57,597 bases of DNA from positions 36,597,776-36,655,372 of the forward strand of contig NC_083418.1 in NCBI RefSeq assembly GCF_020745735.1, in the 5' to 3' direction. This DNA comes from Hemiscyllium ocellatum (taxonomy: Eukaryota). The first letter of the stretch is position 1. Every line of letters begins with the position of its first letter. Made by a program: the position numbers and the translations under genes. Shown piece after piece: positions 1-13,067 of the stretch. The notes under the pieces were generated by a model. That model was not told the origin of the DNA. It worked only from the letters and a program-made list of their open reading frames with translations, and did not search any database.

Positions 1-295
1 AGAAAGTGAAACTTTTTTTAAAGCTCTTAAATGAAAGACAATAAAACACCAGGGCCTGAATTTTGACTTCCAGACAGAGTCTGAAAAATTCATAGTTCTG
101 GAAACCAACTCAGGAGGAAGTGCCATGAGCAGTTGGATTTTCCAGGAATCCGACAGAAATGGGGATGGCAGGATGACAACTGGAGCAGACCCACAGCTCC
201 AGGGAAGAATTCAGAGGTAGCTGTAGGGTTGCTCTGAGCAGAGGTGTGTTACTTAAAAAAACAATACTCGGTGCAGCAAGACTTTGGTTACAAGT

Positions 296-576
296 GATTA
301 GATTCCCTACAGTGTGGAAACAGGCCCTTCAGCCCAACAAGTCCACACTGACCCTCTGAAGAGTAACCCACCCAGTCCCATTTCCCTCTGATTAATGCAC
401 CTAACACTACGGGCAATTTAGCATGGCCAATTCACCTGGCCTGCACATCTTTGTGACTGTGGAAGGAAACCCACTCAGACATGGGGAGAACGTACAAACT
501 CCACACAGTCACCCAAGGCTGGAATTGAACCTGGTGCTCTGAGACAGCAGTGCTAACCACTGAGCCACTGTGCCAC
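296..576 (-). mobile_element. HE1-type tRNA-derived V-SINE
   Basis: Reverse complement has the GTGGCACAGTGGCTCAGTGGTTAGCAC A-box head, GGTTCAATTCC B-box, V-domain-like centre and GGGCCTGTTTCCACACTGTAGGGAATCTAATC tail; homologous to the copy at 15828. Confidence 0.9.
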
Positions 577-2430
577 TATTATAAGCTAGTAGGAAAGACC
601 TGCCTCATCCTCAACACCCCTCAAACTCCAGCCTCACCCCCTTTTAGGCCCCAGGCTGAATCTATGTTTCCTCTGCAACACGCCCTACCCATCCATCCCC
701 AGGATCTTGATAGAGTCAGGATTAAGGAAAATGCATTGTGGGATGGGTGTGGTCCTCAAGTTGTGCTTGGGGAGGGACAGAGGGCTCAGGAACAAGAGTT
801 AGAGGAGGCTGTCAGTAGGCACCCATGTCCAAGCCCTTTATCAGACAATGATTGTCTTTGATCAAGTGACTCACATCCCTACTCAGTGGCAAAATACCAA
901 ACATTTGACCTGCCAAACATGTTGAATGATGACAAACCTGTCTGCAGCTGAGTTCATCCAATGTGGGGCCTTCTCACCTTGGTGATGCTGTGGGAAATCC
1001 AACCGTGGATCTCATCAGCGGAGTGTAACTCTGGTGGAGATGGGAAGGCGGTGTGCTTTTAGTATGCCACCGGCCTAGCTAATTATGTAACCTTACCATC
1101 TTCAAGCTCACCAGCCATGAGATTTCTAACTAACACCTTTAACCAGGCTATTGCTCAATATGTATCTAACCAACCACACCTTATCAAACAAATAATCACT
1201 TTAAAAAATTCTCTCAGTAGTTAAATATACTGAGTAAAATCAGGGCTATATGTAAGAATAAATAGAACACTTAAACTAAACTGAAAGAAAGAGAAATATT
1301 AACTTAAATCAAGATATGACAATAAATCAGTTTCAAGTGAGAAAGAATTTAACTAAACAAAACGAAGACTAGCTAACATGTTGGGATTGCGTGGACATAA
1401 TCTGCATAATTTAGCATGGTTACCATGGTTTCAGTGAGATGCAATTCGTCTTGCCTCGTATATTTCACAAATAGTTTAAATATTTCCTTGACTGATTATT
1501 CAATTCTTTGTGCTCTCAGCTTCTAAGATCTCTTTCAAGGCCATGAGTCATTTTTGAATTACTGCTCCTATTCTGTCAGGTTTGTTCAAAGGCCACTGGC
1601 ACGAGAGCATACACGGGAATTAGAGGACCAATTTCAACCTTGTACATTTTAAATTGAGGTCAGCTCAACAAAGTAGTAAGAAATCTAGTTCCACAGGTCT
1701 TTTTAGTATAAACACACTGCTGAGAGTGGAACTGTACTATAAAAATTTGAAGAATTCATATTCAGGTTTCATTCCACAATTGTTTGATGATCTAATCAGT
1801 CTGACCACACTATTGTAGCATAAACGGTTAATGTTAAATATGTAAATTGTCAATGTACTTCAGCCATGATCACATGACAGCAATCTCCAGAGAGAGGTGG
1901 TTCTGCATTAAGTTTTGTACTAAGCCTTATGCTGTCAATAAATCGAGGAATGTTTAATAAAAGGGAATAGTTTAATAGTTTAGCATCGAGGAATCACTAT
2001 TCATCACCATCAAGGGCAAAGCCTCCCCTATAATGATAACAGGAATATTAGAAACCTTGTGAAAGGGAAGATCTGGACGCAGAGCTAAGTTTTGGAAATG
2101 CTAAAAATCTGAAACAGAAACAGGAAATGCTTTGTTAACAGGAGTAACAAAGTTTGACATTTTGCACATTGACCCAATTCACGAGTCCCCTCAAAATGGG
2201 TGCGCGGTTCAAAACGCAGAAATAGTCTATGCTGTTGTTTTCAATGCAGCTAGCTTGCCAACATGCTATCTTCTGCCCTGGGCAGATTTGGTTTCCTTCT
2301 GAAAGGCTTAGTCCCTTTCCCCTTCTACCCTTTTCAGCTTATCTTGCTCTGTTTTCACCTTTGCCTGTTTTCCCTGATAGGCTGTGATCCAAGGATGCAA
2401 ACTGCTGCATCCATGCTTGGAAACAATTGC

Positions 2431-2634
2431 AAACAAAAACAGAAGTTTGCGTTAAAAGCTGGGCTGTAGGCAGCATCTGTAACGAGAAATCAGAGTTAAC
2501 CTCTGAGGAACGGTCACCGGTCCCAAAACGTTAACTCTGATTTATCTTCACAGATGCTGCCAGACCTGCTGAGCTTTTCCAGCAAACTTCTGTTCTTGTT
2601 TCTGATTTACAGCATCTGCAGTTCTTTTGGTTTT
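2431..2634 (+). mobile_element. Penelope-like terminal-repeat remnant: inverted hairpin with decayed hammerhead motif
   Basis: 2431-2500 is an imperfect reverse complement of 2530-2600. The loop carries CTGAGGA (2503-2509), a GGTCACCGGTCC stem-loop and CAAAACGTT (decayed CGAAAC). Confidence 0.75.
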
Positions 2635-3039
2635 CACTTGGGAGCAGTTGGTTTGTGCAGAATCCTTAAAATCAGGACAAAGATCTTCAGCCAATCCCAC
2701 ACCACCATTGATTTTAAAAACACTTCCACATTTGCAGCAATAATGGCTTGAAATCAATCAGAAACTAACCAGACTCTTACTGTTTTTGGAAAAATGTCAT
2801 TTCCATCAAGTCTCATAGAGGATTTCTATCTTGTCATTTTAACTTTTGCCACATCTCTATGGCACGCCTATATCTGATTGTATCTTAATTCTTCCACTCT
2901 AAGTGGACATTCATATTCGCCACTGTGAGGGCATTGCAGGATCCTGGCACTGGATCCACCTTTAAAAGGCCATTTGCACCTGGTCAAGTACTGTCAGTCT
3001 AAAGTTGTCCTGCACTGTTTATAATGTTTCGCCCAACAT

Positions 3040-3560
3040 GGCTATCAAGTGAAATTGTTGGCCATTTTTCTGACAAAGACCTGGAGCTCTTGGGAGATGC
3101 TGTAGATGAAAGCCACCTTCATCCCCTAGGAGCAGCAAAGGAGGCCACAAAACCAAATCCCTCCCCCCCCCAATCTGATCCAAGCTGCCAACAAATTAAC
3201 GCAGTCTCAGCCTCCTGGAAGATTGCCCTGCTATTGCACTCGCCTTCCTCCAAGGCTCGTACTCCACCACTCTCAGTACTGCATGCAACATCTTCCCTCA
3301 CTCACTGTCAACTACCCCAACCCTCCCATACTATTAACCCTACATGGTCTTTGCTCCAACTATTCACTCACTCACTTGGGACATCTCACCACCTTGTCCA
3401 CACCTGCACCAGTACTATCAGTTGTGCCAGTCACTTATATCTGACTCAGTCTGCTCCTTTCTCTCATTCAATGAGAAAATGACCCACAATAAGGTAAAAT
3501 GAGGCAAGCTGTGAGATGGGGTGTCTGACATTAGGCTTCTCACTCCTACAAGCAAAAGGA
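3040..3560 (+). mobile_element. Decayed PIF/Harbinger Myb/SANT-like accessory ORF
   Basis: Translates to HFSDKDLELLGDAV...INAVSA and, after an intron-like gap, EKMTHNK...DGVSDIRLLTP. This resembles the FSDxxLExLLxAV / EKxAHNxRE..TGGGxPDIRxLTP pattern of Harbinger Myb/SANT proteins; stops and frameshifts are present. Confidence 0.6.
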
Positions 3561-4134
3561 CTCAGACCGTAACTGCCTTGATTGGCTGAATGACTTTACT
3601 CAAGCCCCTGGACTGATATTAGAGGCTACATTTGGCTTATTGGGTCTGGACCCTCTCACCAATGGGTGTCTCCCTGCACTTCAGTGAGGACTGTTCCCCT
3701 TAGACTGTCAGACATGAGCACTTTGCTTGTAGGAGATGCAGCATGTATGCCCTATTCGCTGCTGGCACATAGTGCAGATATGAGATTGTATTCAAAACAG
3801 AAAATATCATGTCATGAAGAATATCAATACCTATCAACAGGTCAATTATCTAAAAAAATGTATGACTCTGCTGCCTCCAAATGGTTGAAGAAAGGTTTGT
3901 TTAACATGAATGCTAATGCAAAAATATATTATTTTACCTAAACTCATAGTGTTTGTAAGATTTTAAGCATTTTTCAACTGGTATTCATTACAGACTTAGA
4001 CACTTTGTTATATTTAGATGTCAAAGCACTTTTGTTTAATTTGAGTGTTGCTAGTCAGACAAAATAAAGAAAAGCAGACATCAGGAGCTGATTCCTTTAA
4101 TGCTGTGATTCTATCATGATGTAATTTTTTAAAT

Positions 4135-4300
4135 GCATTCTTTCATGGGATGTGGGTGTCACTGGTTAGGCAAACTTTTATTGCCCATCCCTAATTGCCC
4201 TTTTTATAAATGTTAATGAGCTACTTTTCTCAACCACTACATGCCACAAGGTGTAGGTACACTCACAATGCTGTTGGAAGGAGTTTCACAATTTTGATCA
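4135..4300 (-). mobile_element. 3' end of an L2/CR1-superfamily LINE
   Basis: TTCATGGGATGTGGGTGTC...TTATTGCCCATCCCTAATTGCCC is the reverse complement of the 3' end seen at 27250-27435 and on the SINE tail at 17530-17600. Confidence 0.7.
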
Positions 4301-5453
4301 GAATGGGGAATGCGTCTACAAATCAGAATCCACTTGCAAACCAGTCAGTGCTCTTTCCTCATCAAGTATAAACTGTTGTTTCCCCCTCACATGGGTGTTT
4401 CTTGCAAATGTTCAGATGAGCGTGAAACAAAAACCTTTGACAAATAAGCTTTTATTAAGCAATACTCAATTGTATTTGAACCTAGAGAATCTTAAATCAG
4501 GCTCACCTTCATCATCTGCAATTTCAAACTTATTCATGAAGTACAGATGTTCTCATTTCTAGCATTAACACATTGCTCCAATAAATTTCTTCCACAGTTA
4601 TTTAAACCATTAAGTATTTTCTCCAACACATTCTGTTTCCTCCAATTTCACCCTTTCTCTTAGTTTTATACCAGTGTCAAACAGAATCACTTCCACACTG
4701 TTTCAATGTCCAAGAGATACATTTAAATTAGAAAGAATGTTTTTTCCAACACTGGGGCCTTTAACTCCTTTAATGGGTCCACAATGTTATCAATCACTTT
4801 CAGGACTGATCCTGAACATCCAATTTCAATTAATAAAATTCTGTGTAAAACCTTTACAGAAGTATTTGGAGGTTTTGATCAAGAATAAGAAGGAAGCAAA
4901 TTGCACGTATAGACAGCAGAAATCAAGTGATTTCCCAGAAGAGTATCAAAGCAGTGGGAATATACTGAAGAGGGAAATCAGGAGGGCAGAAAGGGTACAT
5001 GAGATAGTTTTAGCAAATAGGGTTAAGTAGAATCCAAAGGGATTCTAAAAGCACACTAAGGACAAAAAGGTAATTAGGGAGCAAATAGGGCACCTTAAAC
5101 ATCAGCAAGGCCACCTATGTGTGGAACAGAGGAGATGGGGGATATACCAAACGAGTATTTTGCATCAGTGTTTTCTGTCAAGAAGGATATGGAAGGTAGA
5201 GAACTTGGGGAAATAAATTGCAACATCTTGAAAAATGTCCATATTACGGAGGAAGTGCTGAACATCCTTAAAACACATAAAAGTGGCTAAATCCTCATTA
5301 TCTGATCAGATATATCCTAGAATTCTGTGGGAAGCTAGGGAAGTGAATGCTAGGCCCCTTGCTGAGATATTTGTGTCACTCATAGCCACAGGTGAAGTCT
5401 TGGAAAAGTGGAGATTGGCTAACGTGGTGCCACTATTTAAGAAAGGTGGTTAG

Positions 5454-5739
5454 TGGGCGGCACGGTGGCACAGTGGTTAGCACTGCTGACTTGCAGCGCC
5501 AGAGACCCGGGTTCAGTTCCTGCCTCAGGCAACTGACTGTGGGGAGTTTGCATATTCTTTGTGAGGGTTTCCTCCCACAGTCCAAAAAAGTGCAGCTTAA
5601 GTGAATTGGCCATGCTAAATTGCCCGTAGTATTAGGTGAAGGGGTAAACGTATGGGAAAGGGTCTGGGTGGGTTGCGGGTCGGTGTGGACTTGTTGGGCC
5701 GAAGGTCCTGTTTCCACACTGTGAGTAATCTAATCTAAT
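5454..5739 (+). mobile_element. HE1-type V-SINE inserted in CR1
   Basis: TGGGCGGCACGGTGGCACAGTGGTTAGCAC head and TAATCTAATCTAAT tail; CR1 sequence resumes on both sides. Confidence 0.93.
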
Positions 5740-6790
5740 GACAAGTAAACTATAAATGGTTGAGTCTGACATCAGTGGTGAGCAAGTTGTTGGAGGGAAT
5801 CCTGAGAATTTGGAAAGGACTGACTGGGGTAGTTAACATGGCTTTGTGCATGGGAAATCATTTCTCATTAAGTTGATTGAGTTTTTTTGAAAATGTAATG
5901 AAGGGGATTGATGAGGGCAAAGTGGTGGACGTGATCTATATGGACTGTAGTCAGGTATTCAATAAGGTTTCTCATGGTAGACTGGTTAGCAAGGTTAGAT
6001 CACACGGTATACATGGAGAACTAGCCATTGAATGTAGAACTGGCTAGAAAGTAGAAGACAGAAGGTAGTGCTGGAGGGTTGCTTTACAGACTGGAGGCCT
6101 GTGACCACTGGTGTGCCACAAGGATCGGTGCTGGATCTGCTGTTTTTCATCATTTTTATAAATGATTTGGATGTGAACAAAGGAGGTATAATTAGTAAAT
6201 TTGCAGATGACACCAAAATTGGAGGTGTAGTAGACAACGAAGAAGGTTACCTCAGAGTGCAAGCAGATCTTGATCAGATGGGCCAATGGGCTGAGGAGTA
6301 GCAGATGGTGTTTAATTTAGATAAATGTGAGATGCTGCATTTTGGAAAGTCAAATCAGGGCAGGGCTTATACATTTAGTGTTAAGATCCTGGGGTGCATT
6401 GCTGAGCAAAGAGATCTTGGAGTGCAGGTTCATAGTTTCTTAAAGGTGGAGTCTCAGGCAGATTGGATAGTGTAGAATGTGTTTGGTGTGCTTGCCTTTA
6501 TTGGTCAGTGCATTGAGTAAAGGAGTTGAGAGGTCATGCTGAGGCTGTACAGGACATGGTTTTGGAATACTGCATGCAAATCTGCTCTCCCTGCTATAGG
6601 AAGGATGTTGGGAAACTCAAAAAAGTTCAGAAAAGATTTACAAATGTTGCCAAATTTGGGGTTTTGAGCTAGAGTGAGAGGCTGAATAGGCTAGGGCTGT
6701 TTTCCCTGGAATGTCAGAAGCAGAGGAGTTACTTTATAGAGGTTTATAAAATCATGATGGGTTTGGATAAGGAAATAGACAAGGTCTTTT

Positions 6791-7000
6791 TGCAATCAAA
6801 GAGTGTGGTGCTGGAAAAACACAGCCTGTCAGGCAGTATCCAAAGAGCAGGAGATTTGATGTTTTAGGTGCAAGCCCTTTATCAGGAATGCCTGAAACAT
6901 CAAGTTGCCTGCTCCTCAGATGCAGCCTGACCTGCTGGGCCTTTCCAGTGCCACATCTTTTAACTCTGATTTCCAGCATTTGCAATCCTCACTTTCTCCT
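6791..7000 (+). mobile_element. PLE terminal-repeat hairpin insertion with decayed hammerhead motif
   Basis: Perfect 10-bp TSD AAGGTCTTTT (6781-6790, 7001-7010); inverted arms; minus strand reads CATTC-CTGATAA-AGGGCTTGCACCT-AAAACATC; the left arm lacks the terminal tail. Confidence 0.85.
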
Positions 7001-8099
7001 AAGGTCTTTTCTCAGGTTTGAGGGAGTCCAGACTTAGAGAGCATAGGTTAAAGGTGAGAGAGGAAAGATTTAAAAGGGACCTAAAGGACTAGTTTTTCAA
7101 ACAGAGGGTGGTATGAGTAAGGAATTAGCTGCCAGAGGATGTAGTGGAGGCTAATACAATTACAGCGTTTAATTGGTATCTGGATGGGTATATGAATTGG
7201 AAGGGTTTTGAGGGATATGGGCCAAATGCTGGCAAATGGGACTAGATTAGGTTTGGATATCTGGTCGGAATTGATGAGTTGGACCAAAGGGTCTGTTTTT
7301 GTGCTGTACATCTCTATGACTCTAATTGACATGCATTACATTATTCATTCTGATCGCTATTCAGTTAGCGTGGTAGTAATTAGTCCTCAGCTTTAGCCCT
7401 GATAATAAATTCATTATCTTAGATGATGGAGAAATATGGCTAATGGGCTTTTGGTTGCCTGACCAAACAGAATAGGTGTACCTGGTTATAATGTGTTGAA
7501 GGATGTGACTTTCTGTTCAAGAAGGTTCAATATTTGAGTCAGTAGGTATAATTCAAATTCAGGAAGCAGGTCTGGGGTTAGAGTACATTGTGAGTACATT
7601 GAATTTAATGGCTAAATATAGCTAAATTCAGCATGAAATTCCTGAACAGTTTAGTGTTAGCATTCAAGATAAACACATTGATCATCCAAGCCAGGCAGCT
7701 GCATCAGAGAGGGCACTTTCAGCTGGAGGTACTCACACCTTTAGCTACAATTTAAGGCAATAATATCTAAGTCAAACTGAGGTGATGTAGTTCCCCATGG
7801 ACTCGATATTAACAGTCCAGATTGCATTATGTTCACAATATAAATAAATACTGTACTGTTGATAATAAGTTCTAAAAATATTAGTGCTCCAATATGATGT
7901 CTTGAATAAGTAATCAGGTTATATTTTATTGATTGTTGCTGATGATCTATTTTGCAACCATTTTGAGAATTTTATCAATCTTTTACAGCAATACCATTTT
8001 TTCTTATAGTTCCTCTAAGAGCAAATAGCCCAACAATTTGTTTTATCTCTAGAGCTGACAAAGCCAACAATCTCCTGCTTTGCTTCCCATCTTCCACTC

Positions 8100-8900
8100 A
8101 CACAAGCGTGAGCACATCCAAACCTGCTGGCTGTTTCTTAACTCTCATCAAGTGCTGTTTACCCATTGCTCCTGTATTTGTTGATCTACATTTGTATTTG
8201 TTGATCTACATTAACTCCAAGTCTGACAACACCTCTACCTTAAATTTCTCATCTTTGTTTTCAAATTCCACCATGATATTGCCCCTCCCAGTGCGTGAAA
8301 CTCACTAAAACAGCTTTCTTTGGTAACATTTTTCATAATCAGTCCCAATATCTTCAGAAGTCGCTCAGAGTCAAATTTTTGTCTTATTTTACTCCAGTGA
8401 AGTGCCATAAGGTACATAATATTTTACTATGTTAGAGGAGCTTTGCAATTCAAGTTGGTGTTGGCTGGAGGGAAAATGAAGGGATTTGAACATGAACTTG
8501 AAATTTAAAATGTGCGCCACTGAGGCACCAGGAGTCTGTGAACCTCAGTCTAGAGACACAATGGACGAATAGGACTAGGTGTAGGTTAGCACACGAGCAA
8601 CAACATTTTCAATATGCTGAAGTTTATGGAGGGTGGACAATGAGGGTCCAGGTATGAGAACATTGGAATAGCCATGTCTTTAGTTAATAAAGGCATTTAA
8701 GAGGATTTCAGGAGCAGACAGTTGAGGCTTGAACTGAGACAATATTATACTGGAACCAAAATAGGTGGTCTTTCTGATGGACAGGATTTGGGGCTGGAAA
8801 CAAAGATAGAGTTTAATAGGATACTGGGATTGCATTTGGTCATGTGAAAATGATCTAGTGTTTGTGTAGAAGGATGGAATCAGTGACGATAGTCACTGGA
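8100..8900. mobile_element. Two old L2-like LINE fragments (plus 8100-8463, minus 8465-8900)
   Basis: TTTCTCATCTTTGTTTTCAAATTCC and ...CAAGTTGGTGTTG L2-type 3' end; the minus part resembles 23650-23950. Confidence 0.55.
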
Positions 8901-8929
8901 AATATTGCAAGGAATGGCAAGGAATTAGA

Positions 8930-10060
8930 ATGCGAACACAATGCTGGCCTTTATTGCTGTGCATATGGAATATTGAAGTAATGATCACTTGCTCCACCTG
9001 TATCAGGCATTAATGTGAAAAGTTCTGTGAAAAGTATATACGAAAAATACTGTGTTCATATTTGGTCTTTTCACTGAAGGAGGAATGTACATAAGATTGG
9101 TTTCTAAGAAAGGAGAAAGTGAGGACTGCAGATGCTGGAGATCTGCTGGAAAAGTGAAGAAGAAGGGCTTATGCCCGAAACATCGATTCTCTTGCTCCTT
9201 GGATGCTGCCTGACCTGCTGCACTTTTCCAGCAACACATTTTTCAGCTGGTTCCTCAGAAAGGCAATTGTTTAAGGAGGATAATTTGAACAGATTGTACC
9301 AATGAAGTTCAGAATAATCAGAGATAATCTTCCTGAAACATGCAAGATTTTGAGGTGTTCAGATAGATCAAAAGACCATTTGACCATAAAACGTAGGAGC
9401 AGAAATTAGGCCATTCAGACCATCAAATTTGCACCACCATTCAATCATGGTTGATACGTTTCTCAACCCCATTCTCCTGCTTTCTCTCTAATACCCTGAT
9501 CCCCTTGATATTCAGGAAACTATCTATCTCAGGTCTTTTAAATATACAGTAGTCAATGCCCTGGCCTCCACAGCCTTCTGTGGCAATGAACTCCAAAGAC
9601 TCACCTCTCTCTGGCTGAAGAAGTTTCTCCTTATCTCCATTCAAAAAGGTTTTCACTTTACTCTATGGCTATGCCCTCTGGTCCTAGTCTCTCCTAATAA
9701 TGGAAATATCTTCCCAACATCCACTCTGATAGGTTAGATGCTAAGTGATTGTTACTTCTCTCTTGGGGTTAACTAGAATGAAGGGGGACATTAAAAATTG
9801 AGAGATCTCCCATTAAAAATGGAGTTGGGAAGGAACTTTTTCAGGCTCGTTAGTATTTGGAATTCTTTACTTCAAAGCCAATGGGAGCTTGGTCATTGAA
9901 TATGTCAAAGGCTAGTTAGACAGATTTTTGATATACATAGAGGCAAGGAAGGAGGCATAAAAGTGGAGTTATGGACTTAATTAGATCAACAATAATCTTA
10001 TTGAATGCCTCAGCTGGCTCAAAGAGCTGACTGGTCTACATCTATTTCTTATGACCATAT
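8930..10060 (+). mobile_element. Old CR1 3' region interrupted by a PLE remnant (9114-9247) and an antisense CR1 3' end (9372-9728)
   Basis: TGCTGGCCTTTATTGC...GGAATTCTTTAC...GACAGATTTTTG CR1 motifs; ORF 9441-9656 (-) resembles a frameshifted CR1 ORF2 C-terminus. Confidence 0.65.
9114..9247. mobile_element. PLE terminal-repeat inverted remnant with hammerhead stem II and GAAA
   Basis: GAAGA-AGGGC-TTAT-GCCC-GAAACATCGATTC at about 9168-9190; degenerate 16-bp TSD TGGTTTCTAAGAAAGG / TGGTTCCTCAGAAAGG (9098-9113, 9248-9263). Confidence 0.8.
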
Positions 10061-10379
10061 GGTTGGACTTATGATGATATTTTACACAGTCAGAGGTATC
10101 AAGGATGGGTATTTGCATGAGTAGTGGATGACAGCAGTTTTGAAATGAATATCATTCCAGGGGCAAACCATCTACAGAGTCAGTTTGCCTGGGGGCCGGG
10201 AAAAGGGAAGCAGTTTAATGTTCAGGAGTTTAATGAGAATGGAATCAAGAGTACATGAGGGAGGTCAACAAGATTGCAAGAGGCTATTAGAAGAAAACTT
10301 AAAAGGTGAAATTTGGGGTTGGTTTGGCTTGAAGGGCAAGAGAAAGGTAAGAGATGCAGTGGGAATAAGTTGAACTCAG

Positions 10380-11050
10380 GCTAGATTTTACAGCCACAAA
10401 TTGGGAAGGCTACTCTCCGCTTCCATTGACATTAAAAAACAATTCACTGATATGGACCGGCAATCTGACATCATACCGCTCGTCTCCAATAATATGGAAG
10501 GCAAGTGGGTGCTGAAATAGGACGTCTGCTCACCAATTTGAGAAAAACAATTAATGAGTTCAGTTGTGAAATACTGAATTGACTGCATTTTGTTTGTGCA
10601 CTTTATATTTTGGTAGTCACATTGGGAAAAATGTTGCGAGTGAGTTAGGCCAGATGTGAGGAGCTGGTACAAGTGTGGATGAAAAGGTGTGCAGGTGGGA
10701 TTATGGCTGTCTATTGCAGCACAGTCTGCTGCTGCTGAAGGTGGCAGCTTTTGGCTGACAATAGACTGTTTCTTCACCCGTTTAAGGCTGATATTTCAAA
10801 GAAGGAGAAAATGTGATGGTCGAGGGCTTTAAATTTTCTGGTTCACATTTGACAGTTCTCCCATCTGATGTCCTGCCCTAGTTTCCCAAATGTGGCTGTT
10901 CTGCCTCCCTTCCCGATGTTAATTGGTGCCTTCCCACCAGGCAGATGCTAGTTGGCTAGCTAACACTTGTTTTGCTATATGTAGTGGCCAGAATGAATGG
11001 ACCACACACTTTCCATTCCACCTCATGCCAGATACCTTAAATTCAGCCCC
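10380..11050. mobile_element. Harbinger-type MITE or non-autonomous DNA transposon relic
   Basis: Begins GGCTAGATTTTAC and ends TTAAATTCAGCCCC (imperfect GGGCTGAATTTT TIRs); no coding capacity. Confidence 0.45.
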
Positions 11051-11189
11051 TTGGCCTGCCCAGTCTCGAAACACTAATGGAGTAGATTACCCAACACATT
11101 GTGGTAACTGTAGTCCTGACAATAGGCATATTAGTTTGCAGTAGTAATTGGAAAAGAACTGTGAAAAATTAATTGCGTAAATATTCAAC

Positions 11190-12100
11190 ACTAGGAGAGC
11201 TGGCAATGTTCTGAAGGGATTTAGCGCAGGCAGACTTGGCCAGATTCTGGGAGATTAAAGCATGAAAGGTTACGAGAGTTGGTGGGAATATGGAGTTGAT
11301 ATTACCTTCAGGTCATGACTTTATTAAATGGCAGAACAGGCCAAAGGAACCAAATAACCTTGCATTGTTCTTAACTCATATGCTCATCTGTTTGTAGGTA
11401 GATTGAAACTAAAGATTATCAGGTAAATTGGTAAATAAAGGCCTTCAAGCGGAAATAGTTCAGGTTTAGACTAGATATGGAAGGTAAGATACATGATAAA
11501 TATCAGGAAGATGAAGAAGTAGAGAACTAAGCTGAATATAAAAAATATAAAGAACTGAAAAACTAATGAGGAATAAAGAGAGTGTATGAGTACAGATCAG
11601 TGAATAACAGAAAAGGGAATCCAAACCTTTTTTTAAAAACTTACGTCAAGAAGATAGGTGTTGTTAAATAAATGGTGGAACTTATTAGGGAACAAATAAA
11701 GAGAGAAAAAAAAGGATTGGAAAAGGGCTATGGACCTTCAACTACCTTAGGAGATGAGACTGTTCTCCTTTGAGCAGGAATGGATGAGGTGAGATTAAAT
11801 AGAGGTGATCAAGATTTATGAAAAGTTTTGATAGAGGACAATTGCTTCAGGTGGCAAACTGTGAAAACGGAATAACATTGTTTTAATTTAACTTTTAAAA
11901 GAAGCAGTTGCAAGATGAGGGGGAAAATATTGCAAGTGGTTTTAAAGCACTGCTTAAATTGGTGATAAGACAAATAAATACCTAGAGAAATATTTGACTG
12001 GTCCGGGGAAAGGAGCAGTGAAGTAGGTCTAATTGCGTAACTCTTTCAGAAAGCTAACATTAAGCTGAATGCCTTCCTGTTCCATTGCATTCTTCTATGA
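11190..12100 (+). mobile_element. Old CR1 fragments
   Basis: AAAGGGAATCCAAA and GAGATTAAATAGAGGTGATCAAGATT motifs match the younger CR1 copies in this window. Confidence 0.55.
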
Positions 12101-12192
12101 AATGCTTTAAAGTTGACAGTGGCAATCTAGTAGTTAGGTATTAATGGTTAGTACCCAATGCAGAGTTAAATCCATGTAACAAATACAGTGTT

Positions 12193-12460
12193 TACAACCA
12201 CTTGCATTTACACAGTTCAATGTATCAAATATCCAAAGGCATTTCACAGAAACATTGTAATTGTAAACAAAATATGACACTGAGGCACCTTAGAAGGCAT
12301 TAGGTCAGGTGACCAATTTTTTTTAGCTAACATGATAAGTTTTAAGGAGTGTCCTAGAAGTAAAAGGAAACGTCAAGACGTGTATGGAGGGGATGCAAGA
12401 ATATTGAGCGAAATAGCTAACGATGTGAACACCAATGGTGAAGCAATAAATATCAGAGGA
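12193..12460 (-). mobile_element. L2-like LINE 3' end
   Basis: ACAACCACTTGCATTTA...GGTCAGGTGACCAA...TTTTAAGGAG, homologous to 23295-23450. Confidence 0.65.
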
Positions 12461-12862
12461 TGGTTATGTTGTGATTTTGTGTAAAGGGGTGCAATCCTGT
12501 TCTCTTTAACTGGGCCTAAGGAACTAATTGGTTTTCAGCGATAGAGGAACACTACATTTGAATCTTAACAATGAGAGGCTCTTTTCTAAAAAAGATTGAA
12601 TGATAACAATGGTGCAAGTTTAACTTGTAAGACATTACTCAAACAATCAATGTAAAATTGTCAGTTAGGCCTGCAGTATGGCACACCCATGTGTAATGGA
12701 AGCTGCATACATTAACACAAAGGGCCCTATTCTTTACAGACAGAAAAAAAATTAGCATTTGTGCAAACACGATGGTTTGAATTGCCTCCTTCTGTCCTGT
12801 AAATGTTGTGGAGACATACTGCACTGTTTCAGTTCAATAAAATAGGTGATAGCTATAGAGTG

Positions 12863-12979
12863 AAAAATGAGGTCTGCAGATGCTGGAGATCACAGCTGCA
12901 AATGTGTCGCTGGTCAAAGCACAGCAGGCCAGGCAGCATCTCAGGAATAGAGAATTCGACATTTCGAGCATAAGCCCTT
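12863..12979 (-). mobile_element. 117-bp PLE terminal-repeat insertion starting inside the hammerhead core
   Basis: Perfect 10-bp TSD CTATAGAGTG (12853-12862, 12980-12989); sense strand begins (G)AAGGGCTTATGCTCGAAATGTCGAATTC. Confidence 0.88.
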
Positions 12980-13067
12980 CTATAGAGTGGTCCATTTCTC
13001 AGGGAAATGCCTTAACCAATCAGTCAATATGCCTGGTTTGAGCACTGAACAAATCCTGGTAGTTAAT

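Larger units (their letters stand above)
4860..7324 (+). mobile_element. CR1 LINE ORF2 (RT domain) and 3' UTR, degraded, with nested SINE and PLE remnant
   Basis: ORF 6068-6301 has GVPQGSVL...FINDLD...SKFADDTK (LINE RT motifs); DFSKAFDKV-like region near 5940; ends in a TCTCTATGACTCTA tail at 7311-7324. Confidence 0.95.

Noticed and set aside
1418-1432. GGTTACCATGGTTTC, RFX X-box-like site
   Set aside because: Only one good half-site and no supporting promoter context.
6791-7000. Inverted arms read as a MITE or a miRNA hairpin
   Set aside because: The arms are asymmetric (one lacks the tail), TSDs vary from 7 to 16 bp and a hammerhead motif lies at the centre, which fits PLE inversion rather than DNA-transposon TIRs.
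8173-8212. 20-bp tandem duplication TGTATTTGTTGATCTACATT
   Set aside because: Real but a trivial slippage event inside a dead L2 fragment.
10388-10777. 129-aa minus ORF
   Set aside because: Lies inside a MITE-like relic and has no recognisable motif.
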